Source: the human T2T-CHM13v2.0 reference genome, Homo sapiens
NCBI RefSeq assembly: GCF_009914755.1
Contig: NC_060948.1
Direction: 5' to 3' (one strand)
Length of the DNA: 64,000 nucleotides
This document shows, piece by piece, positions 1-14,331 of the stretch. Positions within the stretch are counted from its first letter, which is position 1. Every line of letters begins with the position of its first letter. The notes beneath the pieces were generated by a model. It worked only from the letters and a program-made list of their open reading frames with translations, did no database searches and was not told the origin of the DNA. A program made the position numbers and the translations under genes.

Positions 1-2380
1 GTCTCGAATTGAATGGAATCGTATGGAATGGCATCAAACGGAATGGAATGGACAGCCACGGAATGGAATGCACTCGAATGCAATGGAGTCGAAACTAATG
101 GACTGGAATAGAATGGACTCGACTGGTACGGACTCCAATGGAATGGAATCGAATGGAAGGGAATCGAACGGAATGGAAACGAACGGAATGGACTCGAAGG
201 GAAAAGACTGCAATGGAAAGGTCTCGAATGGAATGGAAATTAATGGAATGGAATGGAATCGAATGAAATGGAGTCAAAAGGAATGGAATCGAATGGCAAG
301 AAATCGAATGTAATGGAATCGCCAGGAATTGATGTGAACGGAACGGAATGGAATGGAATCCAAAGGAATGGAATAGAATGGAATGGAATCGAATGGAAAG
401 GACTCGAATGGAAATCACTCGAATAGAATGCAATTTAATAAAATAGGATCAAATGTAATGGAATGGAATGGAAAGGAATCGAAACGAAAGGAATGGAGAC
501 AGATGGAATGGAATGGAACAGAGAGCAATGGTATAGAATGGAATGGAATCATCTGGAATGGAATTGAATGGAATGGAATAATATGAAATGGAATGGAATG
601 GAATGGAATGGAATGCCCTTGAATTAAATGGACTGGAATGGAATGGACTCAAACAGAGTGGAATGGAAAGTGTGGAGATAGAATGGAATGAACTCCTTTG
701 GAATGGTGTAGTATGCAATGCAATCGACTGGCAGGGAATCAAAAGGAATGTAATCGAATGGATTGGACTGGAATGCAATGGACTCGAATAGATTGGAAAC
801 GGAATGCAAAGGAATGGAATGGAATAGTATGGAATGCAATGGAAGGGAATGGAGTGGAATAGACTAGAGTGGAATGGAATGGACTGGAAAGCAATGGACT
901 GGAATGGAACTTTCTTGGATGGACTGGAATCAAACGGAATGGAATGCAATGCAATCAAATGGCATGGAATAAATTAGAATGAAAGAGAATCAAATGGAAT
1001 TGAATCGAATGGAATCGAATGGATTGGAAAGGAATAGAATGGAATGGAATGGAATGGACTCAAATGGAATGTACTAGAATGGAATGGATTCGAATGGAAG
1101 GCAAAGGAATGGAATCTATTGGAATGGACTGTAATGGAATGGAATGGAAGGGATTGGAATGGACTCGAATGGAATGGACTGCAATAGACAGGATTCGAAT
1201 GGAATGAAAAAGAATTGAATGGAATAGAACAGAATGGAATCAAATCGAATGAAATGGAATGGAATAGAAAGGAATGGAATGAAATGGAATGGAAAGGATT
1301 CGAATGGAATGCAATCGAATGGAATGGAATCGAACGGAATGGAATAAAATTGAAGAAAACTGGCAAGAAATGGAATCGAAATGAATGGAGTGTTATGGAA
1401 CGGACTCAAAAGGAATTGAATGTAATAGAATGGAGTGGAGTGGACTCGAATATAATGGACTGGAATGGAATGAAATCACATGGAATGGGAACGAATGGAA
1501 TGGAATGGAAAGGAATGGAATCGAATGGAAAGGAATCGAATGGAAGGGAATGAAATTGAATCAACACGAATGGAAGGGAATAGAATAGACTGTAATGGAA
1601 TGGACTCGAATAGAATGGACACGAATGCTCAAATTAAATGGACTCGAATGGAATGGAAACGAAAGGAATGTCACCGAATGGAATTGAATCGATTGGAATG
1701 AAATCGCATAGAATGGAGTGGAATCAAATGGAATTGAATCGAAAGGAAAGGAAGCGAATGGACTGAAATGAAATGGAATGGAATTGAATGGAAAGTAATG
1801 CAATGGAATAGAATGGAACGAAATTTCACGGAATGGAATCAAACTGAATGGAATCAAATCAATGGAATCAAATCAAATGGAATGGAAAGGAATTGAATGG
1901 AGTAGATGGGATTGGATGGGATTGGAATGAAATGTACTGGAAAGGACTCGAATTTCATGAAACGGAATGGAATGAATTGGAACGGAATGGACTCGAATGG
2001 AATGGAATGTCATGGGATGGCATCAAATGGAATGACATCAAATGGAATGGAATCGAATGCAATGGAATGCTATGGAATGGAATGGAATGCATTGGAATGG
2101 AATGTCCGCTAATGGAATGGATTCGAGTGGAATGGAATTGAATATAATGGAGTCGAATGAAATGGAATTGAAAGGAATGGGATCGAATACAATGGAATAT
2201 ACTGGAATGTAACGTAATGAACTCGAATGTAATTGACTGGAATGGAATGTACATGAATGGAATGTAATCGAATGGAAAGTAATCCAATGGAATAGAATCT
2301 AATGCAATAAAATCGACTCAGATAGAGTAGAATGTAATGGAATGGAGTGCAGTGCAATGGAATGGAATGGAATGGAATGC

Positions 2381-2430
2381 AATGGAATGGAATGGAATGG
2401 AATGGAATGGAATGGAATGGAATGGAATGG
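2381..2430 (+). repeat. Pure (AATGG)10 tract; present once per unit with 8-12 copies
   Basis: Uninterrupted pentamers between AATGC and GATGG. Confidence 0.93.
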
Positions 2431-2657
2431 GATGGAATGGTATGGAATGGATAGTAATGGACTGGAGTGAAATGGACTGGAAAGGAATGGACTCAAATTG
2501 AAAGGGCTCGAAAGGAATGGAGTCAAATGGAATGGTCTGGAATGGAATGAACACGAATGTAATGCAACCCAATAGAATGGAATCGAATGGCATGGAATAT
2601 AAAGAAATGGAATCGAAGAGAATGGAAACAAATGGAATGGAATTGAATGGAATGGAA

Positions 2658-2811
2658 TTGAATGGAATGGGAACGAATGGAGTGAAATTGTATGCAGTAG
2701 AAGAGAATAGAATGGAATGCAAGCGAAAGGAAAGGAATGGATTGGAATGGAATGGAATTCATTGGAATGGAAGGGAATGTAGTGTAATGGACAGGCCTGG
2801 AATAAAGTGGA
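2658..2811. other. Classical DYZ1 sexing-PCR target region with the unit's EcoRI (2755) and HaeIII/StuI (2794) sites
   Basis: Contains TTGAATGGAATGGGAACGAATGG (2658-2680) and the reverse complement of TCCACTTTATTCCAGGCCTGTCC (2789-2811), which I recall as the Y1.2/Y1.1 Y-repeat primers; span 154 bp. Confidence 0.8.
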
Positions 2812-3168
2812 ATGCTACGGTCTCGAATGGAATAAAAATGTATGGAATGGAATGCAATGAAACGGAATCGAATGTCATAGAATGTAATGGAATGCAAAAA
2901 AATGGAATCCAAAATCATTGACTGGAAAGGCTGGGTGTCGAAAGGAATTGACTCCAATGGAATGGAATCGAATGGAATGGAAGTGAATAGAATCGAACTA
3001 AATCGAATGGAATGGAATTGATAGGAACGGAATGGAAAGGAATGCAATGATTTGGCATGGAATGGAATCGAATGGCATCGAATGGAATGGAATGGAATGC
3101 AATGGAATGGAATGTATTAGAATGTAATGAACTTTAATGGAATGTACTCGAATGGATTCGACTGGAAT

Positions 3169-3183
3169 GGAATGTTCTGGAAG
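3169..3183. promoter_or_regulatory. Perfect three-unit heat shock element motif (gGAAt gTTCt gGAAg); repeated in all 18 units
   Basis: Exact nGAAn-nTTCn-nGAAn match. Motif only; binding is not shown by the sequence. Confidence 0.6.
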
Positions 3184-3443
3184 TGAATGGACTCCAATGG
3201 AATGGATTCAAAAGGAATGGAATCGTACGGAATGGAATCTAATGGAATGGAATTAAATGGAAATGAATCAAATTGAATAGCACGGAATTGAATTGAATGG
3301 AATGGAATGCAATGGAATCTAATGAAACGGAAAGGAAAGGAATGGAATGGAATGGGCTGGAATGGAAAGGAATCAAAACGAATGGAATGGAATCGAAGTG
3401 AAGAGACTGGAATGGAATGCACTGGAATGGAAGGGAGTGTAAT

Positions 3444-3458
3444 GGAAGGTTCTCGAAA
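3444..3458. promoter_or_regulatory. Second perfect heat shock element motif (gGAAg gTTCt cGAAa); repeated in all 17 complete units
   Basis: Exact nGAAn-nTTCn-nGAAn match. Motif only. Confidence 0.6.
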
Positions 3459-3579
3459 AAAATGGAATCGAATGGAATGGAATTGAATGGAACGCAATAG
3501 AGTCGAATGGAATTGAATGGAATGGAATGGACTAGAGTGAAATGGAATCGAACCACAAGGAATGGACAGGAATAGAATG

Positions 3580-6500
3580 GTCTCGAATTGAATGGAATCG
3601 TATGGAATGGCATCAAACGGAATGGAATGGACAGCCACGGAATGGAATGCACTCGAATGCAATGGAGTCGAAACTAATGGACTGGAATAGAATGGACTCG
3701 ACTGGTACGGACTCCAATGGAATGGAATCGAATGGAAGGGAATCGAACGGAATGGAATCGAACGGAATGGACTCGAAGGGAAAAGACTGCAATGGAAAGG
3801 TCTCGAATGGAATGGAAATTAATGGAATGGAATGGAATCGAATGAAATGGAGTCAAAAGGAATGGAATCGAGTGGCAAGAAATCGAATGTAATGGAATCG
3901 CCAGGAATTGATGTGAACGGAACGGAATGGAATGGAATCCAAAGGAATGGAATAGAATGGAATGGAATCGAATGGAAAGGACTCGAATGGAAATCACTCG
4001 AATAGAATGCAATTTAATAAAATAGGATCAAATGTAATGGAATGGAATGGAAAGGAATCGAAACGAAAGGAATGGAGACAGATGGAATGGAATGGAACAG
4101 AGAGCAATGGTATAGAATGGAATGGAATCATCTGGAATGGAATTGAATGGAATGGAATAATATGAAATGGAATGGAATGGATTGGAATGGAATGCTCTTG
4201 AATTAAATGGACTGGAATGGAATGGACTCAAACAGAGTGGAATGGAAAGTGTGGAGATAGAATGGAATGAAGTCCTTTGGAATGGTGTAGTATGCAATGC
4301 AATCGACTGGCAGGGAATCAAAAGGAATGTAATCGAATGGATTGGACTGGAATGCAATGGACTCGAATAGATTGGAAACGGAATGCAAAGGAATGGAATG
4401 GAATAGTATGGAATGCAATGGAAGGGAATGGAGTGGAATAGACTAGAGTGGAATGGAATGGACTGGAAAGCAATGGACTGGAATGGAACTTTCTTGGATG
4501 GACTGGAATCAAACGGAATGGAATGCAATGCAATCAAATGGCATGGAATAAAATAGAATGAAAGAGAATCAAATGGAATTGAATCGAATGGAATCGAATG
4601 GATTGGAATGGAATAGAATGGAATGAAATGGAATGGACTCAAATGAAATGGACTAGAATGGAATGGATTCGAATGGAAGGCAAAGGAATGGAATCTATTG
4701 GAATGGACTGTAATGGAATGGAATGGAAGGGATTGGAATGGACTCGAATGGAATGGACTGCAATAGAAAGGATTCGAATGGAATGAAAAAGAATTGAATG
4801 GAATAGAACAGAATGGAATCAAATCGAATGAAATGGAATGGAATAGAAAGGAATGGAATGAAATGGAATGGAAAGGATTCGAATGGAATGCAATCGAATG
4901 GAATGGAATCGAACGGAATGGAATAAAATGGAAGAAAACTGGCAGGAAATGGAATCGAAATGAATGGAGTGTTATGGAACGGACTCAAAAGGAATTGAAT
5001 GTAATAGAATGGAGTGGAGTGGACTCGAATATAATGGACTGGAATGGAATGAAATCACATGGAATGGGAACGAATGGAATGGAATGGAAAGGAATGGAAT
5101 CGAATGGAAAGGAATCGAATGGAAGGGAATGAAATTGAATCAACACGAATGGAAGGGAATAGAATAGACTGTAATGGAATGGACTCGAATAGAATGGACA
5201 CGAATGCCCAAATTAAATGGACTCGAATGGAATGGAAACGAAAGGAATGTCACCGAATGGAATTGAATCGATTGGAATGAAATCGCATAGAATGGAGTGG
5301 AATCAAATGGAATTGAATCGAAAGGAAAGGAAGCGAATGGACTGAAATGAAATGGAATGGAATTGAATGGAAAGTAATGCAATGGAATAGAATGGAACGA
5401 AATTTCACGGAATGGAATCAAACTGAATGGAATCAAATCAATGGAATCAAATCAAATGGAATGGAAAGGAATTGAATGGAGTAGATGGGATTGGATGGGA
5501 TTGGAATGAAATGTACTGGAAAGGACTCGAATTTCATGAAACGGAATGGAATGAATTGGAACGGAATGGACTCGAATGGAATGGAATGTCATGGGATGGC
5601 ATCAAATGGAATGACATCAAATGGAATGGAATCGAATGCAATGGAATGCTATGGAATGGAATGGAATGCATTGGAATGGAATGTCCGCTAATGGAATGGA
5701 TTCGAGTGGAATGGAATTGAATATAATGGAGTCGAATGAAATGGAATTGAAAGGAATGGGATCGAATACAATGGAATATACTGGAATGTAACGTAATGAA
5801 CTCGAATGTAATTGACTGGAATGGAATGTACATGAATGGAATGTAATCGAATGGAAAGTAATCCAATGGAATAGAATCTAATGCAATAAAATCGACTCAG
5901 ATAGAGTAGAATGTAATGGAATGGAGTGCAGTGCAATGGAATGGAATGGAATGGAATGCAATGGAATGGAATGGAATGGAATGGAATGGAATGGAATGGA
6001 ATGGAATGGGATGGAATGGTATGGAATGGATAGTAATGGACTGGAGTGAAATGGACTGGAAAGGAATGGACTCAAATTGAAAGGGCTCGAAAGGAATGGA
6101 GTCAAATGGAATGGTCTGGAATGGAATGAACACGAATGTAATGCAACCCAATAGAATGGAATCGAATGGCATGGAATATAAAGAAATGGAATCGAAGAGA
6201 ATGGAAACAAATGGAATGGAATTGAATGGAATGGAATTGAATGGAATGGGAACGAATGGAGTGAAATTGTATGCAGTAGAAGAGAATAGAATGGAATGCA
6301 AGCGAAAGGAAAGGAATGGATTGGAATGGAATGGAATTCATTGGAATGGAAGGGAATGTAGTGTAATGGACAGGCCTGGAATAAAGTGGAATGCTACGGT
6401 CTCGAATGGAATAAAAATGTATGGAATGGAATGCAATGAAACGGAATCGAATGTCATAGAATGTAATGGAATGCAAAAAAATGGAATCCAAAATCATTGA

Positions 6501-7163
6501 CTGGAAAGGCTGGGTGTCGAAAGGAATTGACTCCAATGGAATGGAATCGAATGGAATGGAAGTGAATAGAATCGAACTAAATCGAATGGAATGGAATTGA
6601 TAGGAACGGAATGGAAAGGAATGCAATGATTTGGCATGGAATGGAATCGAATGGCATCGAATGGAATGGAATGGAATGCAATGGAATGGAATGTATTAGA
6701 ATGTAATGAACTTTAATGGAATGTACTCGAATGGATTCGACTGGAATGGAATGTTCTGGAAGTGAATGGACTCCAATGGAATGGATTCAAAAGGAATGGA
6801 ATCGTACGGAATGGAATCTAATGGAATGGAATTAAATGGAAATGAATCAAATTGAATAGCACGGAATTGAATTGAATGGAATGGAATGCAATGGAATCTA
6901 ATGAAACGGAAAGGAAAGGAATGGAATGGAATGGAATGGGCTGGAATGGAAAGGAATCGAAACGAATGGAATGGAATCGAACTGAAGAGACTGGAATGGA
7001 ATGCACTGGAATGGAAGGGAGTGTAATGGAAGGTTCTCGAAAAAAATGGAATCGAATGGAATGGAATTGAATGGAACGGAATAGAGGCGAATGGAATTGA
7101 ATGGAATGGAATGGACTAGAGTGAAATGGAATCGAACCACAAGGAATGGACAGGAATAGAATG
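3580..7163 (+). repeat. DYZ1 unit 2 (3584 bp, A-type)
   Basis: Landmark recurrence. Confidence 0.93.
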
Positions 7164-10100
7164 GTCTCGAATTGAATGGAATCGTATGGAATGGCATCAA
7201 ACGGAATGGAATGGACAGCCACGGAATGGAATGCACTCGAATGCAATGGAGTCGAAACTAATGGACTGGAATAGAATGGACTCGACTGGTACGGACTCCA
7301 ATGGAATGGAATCGAATGGAAGGGAATCGAACGGAATGGAATCGAACGGAATGGACTCGAAGGGAAAAGACTGCAATGGAAAGGTCTCGAATGGAATGGA
7401 AATTAATGGAATGGAATGGAATCGAATGAAATGGAGTCAAAAGGAATGGAATCGAGTGGCAAGAAATCGAATGTAATGGAATCGCCAGGAATTGATGTGA
7501 ACGGAACGGAATGGAATGGAATCCAAAGGAATGGAATAGAATGGAATGGAATCGAATGGAAAGGACTCGAATGGAAATCACTCGAATAGAATGCAATTTA
7601 ATAAAATAGGATCAAATGTAATGGAATGGAATGGAAAGGAATCGAAACGAAAGGAATGGAGACAGATGGAATGGAATGGAACAGAGAGCAATGGTATAGA
7701 ATGGAATGGAATCATCTGGAATGGAATTGAATGGAATGGAATAATATGAAATGGAATGGAATGGAATGGAATGGAATGCCCTTGAATTAAATGGACTGGA
7801 ATGGAATGGACTCAAACAGAGTGGAATGGAAAGTGTGGAGATAGAATGGAATGAAGTCCTTTGGAATGGTGTAGTATGCAATGCAATCGACTGGCAGGGA
7901 ATCAAAAGGAATGTAATCGAATGGATTGGACTGGAATGCAATGGACTCGAATAGATTGGAAACGGAATGCAAAGGAATGGAATGGAATAGTATGGAATGC
8001 AATGGAAGGGAATGGACTGGAATAGACTAGAGTGGAATGGAATGGACTGGAAAGCAATGGACTGGAATGGAACTTTCTTGGATGGACTGGAATCAAACGG
8101 AATGGAATGCAATGCAATCAAATGGCATGGAATAAAATAGAATGAAAGAGAATCAAATGGAATTGAATCGAATGGAATCGAATGGATTGGAAAGGAATAG
8201 AATGGAATGGAATGGAATGGACTCAAATGGAATGTACTAGAATGGAATGGATTCGAATGGAAGGCAAAGGAATGGAATCTATTGGAATGGACTGTAATGG
8301 AATGGAATGGAAGGGATTGGAATGGACTCGAATGGAATGGACTGCAATAGAAAGGATTCGAATGGAATGAAAAAGAATTGAATGGAATAGAACAGAATGG
8401 AATCAAATCGAATGAAATGGAATGGAATAGAAAGGAATGGAATGAAATGGAATGGAAAGGATTCGAATGGAATGCAATCGAATGGAATGGAATCGAACGG
8501 AATGGAATAAAATGGAAGAAAACTGGCAGGAAATGGAATCGAAATGAATGGAGTGTTATGGAACGGACTCAAAAGGAATTGAATGTAATAGAATGGAGTG
8601 GAGTGGACTCGAATATAATGGACTGGAATGGAATGAAATCACATGGAATGGGAACGAATGGAATGGAATGGAAAGGAATGGAATCGAATGGAAAGGAATC
8701 GAATGGAAGGGAATGAAATTGAATCAACACGAATGGAAGGGAATAGAATAGACTGTAATGGAATGGACTCGAATAGAATGGACACGAATGCTCAAATTAA
8801 ATGGAATCGAATGGAATGGAAACGAAAGGAATGTCACCGAATGGAATTGAATCGATTGGAATGAAATCGCATAGAATGGAGTGGAATCAAATGGAATTGA
8901 ATCGAAAGGAAAGGAAGCGAATGGACTGAAATGAAATGGAATGGAATTGAATGGAAAGTAATGCAATGGAATAGAATGGAACGAAATTTCACGGAATGGA
9001 ATCAAACTGAATGGAATCAAATCAATGGAATCAAATCAAATGGAATGGAAAGGAATTGAATGGAGTAGATGGGATTGGATGGGATTGGAATGAAATGTAC
9101 TGGAAAGGACTCGAATTTCATGAAACGGAATGGAATGAATTGGAACGGAATGGACTCGAATGGAATGGAATGTCATGTGATGGCATCAAATGGAATGACA
9201 TCAAATGGAATGGAATCGAATGCAATGGAATGCTATGGAATGGAATGGAATGCATTGGAATGGAATGTCCGCTAATGGAATGGATTCGAGTGGAATGGAA
9301 TTGAATATAATGGAGTCGAATGAAATGGAATTGAAAGGAATGGGATCGAATACAATGGAATATACTGGAATGTAACGTAATGAACTCGAATGTAATTGAC
9401 TGGAATGGAATGTACATGAATGGAATGTAATCGAATGGAAAGTAATCCAATGGAATAGAATCTAATGCAATAAAATCGACTCAGATAGAGTAGAATGTAA
9501 TGGAATGGAGTGCAGTGCAATGGAATGGAATGGAATGGAATGCAATGGAATGGAATGGAATGGAATGGAATGGAATGGAATGGAATGGGATGGAATGGTA
9601 TGGAATGGATAGTAATGGACTGGAGTGAAATGGACTGGAAAGGAATGGACTCAAATTGAAAGGGCTCGAAAGGAATGGAGTCAAATGGAATGGTCTGGAA
9701 TGGAATGAACACGAATGTAATGCAACCCAATAGAATGGAATCGAATGGCATGGAATATAAAGAAATGGAATCGAAGAGAATGGAAACAAATGGAATGGAA
9801 TTGAATGGAATGGAATTGAATGGAATGGGAACGAATGGAGTGAAATTGTATGCAGTAGAAGAGAATAGAATGGAATGCAAGCGAAAGGAAAGGAATGGAT
9901 TGGAATGGAATGGAATTCATTGGAATGGAAGGGAATGTAGTGTAATGGACAGGCCTGGAATAAAGTGGAATGCTACGGTCTCGAATGGAATAAAAATGTA
10001 TGGAATGGAATGCAATGAAACGGAATCGAATGTCATAGAATGTAATGGAATGCAAAAAAATGGAATCCAAAATCATTGACTGGAAAGGCTGGGTGTCGAA

Positions 10101-10742
10101 AGGAATTGACTCCAATGGAATGGAATCGAATGGAATGGAAGTGAATAGAATCGAACTAAATCGAATGGAATGGAATTGATAGGAACGGAATGGAAAGGAA
10201 TGCAATGATTTGGCATGGAATGGAATCGAATGGCATCGAATGGAATGGAATGGAATGCAATGGAATGGAATGTATTAGAATGTAATGAACTTTAATGGAA
10301 TGTACTCGAATGGATTCGACTGGAATGGAATGTTCTGGAAGTGAATGGACTCCAATGGAATGGATTCAAAAGGAATGGAATCGTACGGAATGGAATCTAA
10401 TGGAATGGAATTAAATGGAAATGAATCAAATTGAATAGCACGGAATTGAATTGAATGGAATGGAATGCAATGGAATCTAATGAAACGGAAAGGAAAGGAA
10501 TGGAATGGAATGGAATGGGCTGGAATGGAAAGGAATCGAAACGAATGGAATGGAATCGAAGTGAAGAGACTGGAATGGAATGCACTGGAATGGAAGGGAG
10601 TGTAATGGAAGGTTCTCGAAAAAAATGGAATCGAATGGAATGGAATTGAATGGAACGGAATAGAGGCGAATGGAATTGAATGGAATGGAATGGACTAGAG
10701 TGAAATGGAATCGAACCACAAGGAATGGACAGGAATAGAATG
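7164..10742 (+). repeat. DYZ1 unit 3 (3579 bp, A-type)
   Basis: Landmark recurrence. Confidence 0.93.
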
Positions 10743-13700
10743 GTCTCGAATTGAATGGAATCGTATGGAATGGCATCAAACGGAATGGAATGGACAGCCA
10801 CGGAATGGAATGCACTCGAATGCAATGGAGTCGAAACTAATGGACTGGAATAGAATGGACTCGACTGGTACGGACTCCAATGGAATGGAATCGAATGGAA
10901 GGGAATCGAACGGAATGGAATCGAACGGAATGGACTCGAAGGGAAAAGACTGCAATGGAAAGGTCTCGAATGGAATGGAAATTAATGGAATGGAATGGAA
11001 TCGAATGAAATGGAGTCAAAAGGAATGGAATCGAGTGGCAAGAAATCGAATGTATTGGAATCGCCAGGAATTGATGTGAACGGAACGGAATGGAATGGAA
11101 TCCAAAGGAATGGAATAGAATGGAATGGAATCGAATGGAAAGGACTCGAATGGAAATCACTCGAATAGAATGCAATTTAATAAAATAGGATCAAATGTAA
11201 TGGAATGGAATGGAAAGGAATCGAAACGAAAGGAATGGAGACAGATGGAATGGAATGGAACAGAGAGCAATGGTATAGAATGGAATGGAATCATCTGGAA
11301 TGGAATTGAATGGAATGGAATAATATGAAATGGAATGGAATGGAATGGAATGGAATGCCCTTGAATTAAATGGACTGGAATGGAATGGACTCAAACAGAG
11401 TGGAATGGAAAGTGTGGAGATAGAATGGAATGAAGTCCTTTGGAATGGTGTAGTATGCAATGCAATCGACTGGCAGGGAATCAAAAGGAATGTAATCGAA
11501 TGGATTGGACTGGAATGCAATGGACTCGAATAGATTGGAAACGGAATGCAAAGGAATGGAATGGAATAGTATGGAATGCAATGGAAGGGAATGGACTGGA
11601 ATAGACTAGAGTGGAATGGAATGGACTGGAAAGCAATGGACTGGAATGGAACTTTCTTGGATGGACTGGAATCAAACGGAATGGAATGCAATGCAATCAA
11701 ATGGCATGGAATAAAATAGAATGAAAGAGAATCAAATGGAATTGAATCGAATGGAATCGAATGGATTGGAAAGGAATAGAATGGAATGGAATGGAATGGA
11801 CTCAAATGGAATGTACTAGAATGGAATGGATTCGAATGGAAGGCAAAGGAATGGAATCTATTGGAATGGACTGTAATGGAATGGAATGGAAGGGATTGGA
11901 ATGGACTCGAATGGAATGGACTGCAATAGAAAGGATTCGAATGGAATGAAAAAGAATTGAATGGAATAGAACAGAATGGAATCAAATCGAATGAAATGGA
12001 ATGGAATAGAAAGGAATGGAATGAAATGGAATGGAAAGGATTCGAATGGAATGCAATCGAATGGAATGGAATCGAACGGAATGGAATAAAATGGAAGAAA
12101 ACTGGCAGGAAATGGAATCGAAATGAATGGAGTGTTATGGAACGGACTCAAAAGGAATTGAATGTAATAGAATGGAGTGGAGTGGACTCGAATATAATGG
12201 ACTGGAATGGAATGAAATCACATGGAATGGGAACGAATGGAATGGAATGGAAAGGAATGGAATCGAATGGAAAGGAATCGAATGGAAGGGAATGAAATTG
12301 AATCAACACGAATGGAAGGGAATAGAATAGACTGTAATGGAATGGACTCGAATAGAATGGACACGAATGCTCAAATTAAATGGAATCGAATGGAATGGAA
12401 ACGAAAGGAATGTCACCGAACGGAATTGAATCGATTGGAATGAAATCGCATAGAATGGAGTGGAATCAAATGGAATTGAATCGAAAGGAAAGGAAGCGAA
12501 TGGACTGAAATGAAATGGAATGGAATTGAATGGAAAGTAATGCAATGGAATAGAATGGAACGAAATTTCACGGAATGGAATCAAACTGAATGGAATCAAA
12601 TCAATGGAATCAAATCAAATGGAATGGAAAGGAATTGAATGGAGTAGATGGGATTGGATGGGATTGGAATGAAATGTACTGGAAAGGACTCGAATTTCAT
12701 GAAACGGAATGGAATGAATTGGAACGGAATGGACTCGAATGGAATGGAATGTCATGTGATGGCATCAAATGGAATGACATCAAATGGAATGGAATCGAAT
12801 GCAATGGAATGCTATGGAATGGAATGGAATGCATTGGAATGGAATGTCCGCTAATGGAATGGATTCGAGTGGAATGGAATTGAATATAATGGAGTCGAAT
12901 GAAATGGAATTGAAAGGAATGGGATCGAATACAATGGAATATACTGGAATGTAACGTAATGAACTCGAATGTAATTGACTGGAATGGAATGTACATGAAT
13001 GGAATGTAATCGAATGGAAAGTAATCCAATGGAATAGAATCTAATGCAATAAAATCGACTCAGATAGAGTAGAATGTAATGGAATGGAGTGCAGTGCAAT
13101 GGAATGGAATGGAATGGAATGCAATGGAATGGAATGGAATGGAATGGAATGGAATGGAATGGAATGGAATGGAATGGGATGGAATGGTATGGAATGGATA
13201 GTAATGGACTGGAGTGAAATGGACTGGAAAGGAATGGACTCAAATTGAAAGGGCTCGAAAGGAATGGAGTCAAATGGAATGGTCTGGAATGGAATGAACA
13301 CGAATGTAATGCAACCCAATAGAATGGAATCGAATGGCATGGAATATAAAGAAATGGAATCGAAGAGAATGGAAACAAATGGAATGGAATTGAATGGAAT
13401 GGAATTGAATGGAATGGGAACGAATGGAGTGAAATTGTATGCAGTAGAAGAGAATAGAATGGAATGCAAGCGAAAGGAAAGGAATGGATTGGAATGGAAT
13501 GGAATTCATTGGAATGGAAGGGAATGTAGTGTAATGGACAGGCCTGGAATAAAGTGGAATGCTACGGTCTCGAATGGAATAAAAATGTATGGAATGGAAT
13601 GCAATGAAACGGAATCGAATGTCATAGAATGTAATGGAATGCAAAAAAATGGAATCCAAAATCATTGACTGGAAAGGCTGGGTGTCGAAAGGAATTGACT

Positions 13701-14331
13701 CCAATGGAATGGAATCGAATGGAATGGAAGTGAATAGAATCGAACTAAATCGAATGGAATGGAATTGATAGGAACGGAATGGAAAGGAATGCAATGATTT
13801 GGCATGGAATGGAATCGAATGGCATCGAATGGAATGGAATGGAATGCAATGGAATGGAATGTATTAGAATGTAATGAACTTTAATGGAATGTACTCGAAT
13901 GGATTCGACTGGAATGGAATGTTCTGGAAGTGAATGGACTCCAATGGAATGGATTCAAAAGGAATGGAATCATACGGAATGGAATCTAATGGAATGGAAT
14001 TAAATGGAAATGAATCAAATTGAATAGCACGGAATTGAATTGAATGGAATGGAATGCAATGGAATCTAATGAAACGGAAAGGAAAGGAATGGAATGGAAT
14101 GGAATGGGCTGGAATGGAAAGGAATCGAAACGAATGGAATGGAATCGAAGTGAAGAGACTGGAATGGAATGCACTGGAATGGAAGGGAGTGTAATGGAAG
14201 GTTCTCGAAAAAAATGGAATCGAATGGAATGGAATTGAATGGAACGGAATAGAGTCGAATGGAATTGAATGGAATGGAATGGACTAGAGTGAAATGGAAT
14301 CGAACCACAAGGAATGGACAGGAATAGAATG
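10743..14331 (+). repeat. DYZ1 unit 4 (3589 bp, A-type; near-identical to unit 3)
   Basis: Landmark recurrence; shares private variants with unit 3. Confidence 0.93.

Larger units (their letters stand above)
1..3579 (+). repeat. DYZ1 unit 1 (3579 bp, A-type)
   Basis: Starts GTCTCGAATTGAATGGAATCGTATGG; the same sequence recurs at 3580. Confidence 0.93.

Noticed and set aside
431-445. AATAAA hexamers (several per unit) as poly(A) signals
   Set aside because: Expected by chance from AATGG>AATAA drift in purine-rich sequence; no downstream GU/U-rich element is seen.
1553-1564. AAATTGAATCA as a DUX4-like site
   Set aside because: It lacks the TAAT half-site of the DUX4 consensus.
1819-1833. cGAAa tTTCa cGGAa, and CGAATTTCATGAA (~1949), as additional HSEs
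   Set aside because: The first has only two correct units and the second has the wrong GAA-TTC spacing.
1905-1925. GGG-containing stretch as a G-quadruplex
   Set aside because: Only two GGG runs are present, too few for a canonical G4.
2929-2940. GGCTGGGTGTCG resembling an Alu 5' end
   Set aside because: Only ~10 bp match, it stays in pentamer register, and there is no Alu body or A-tail. No DYZ2/Alu sequence is present in the window.
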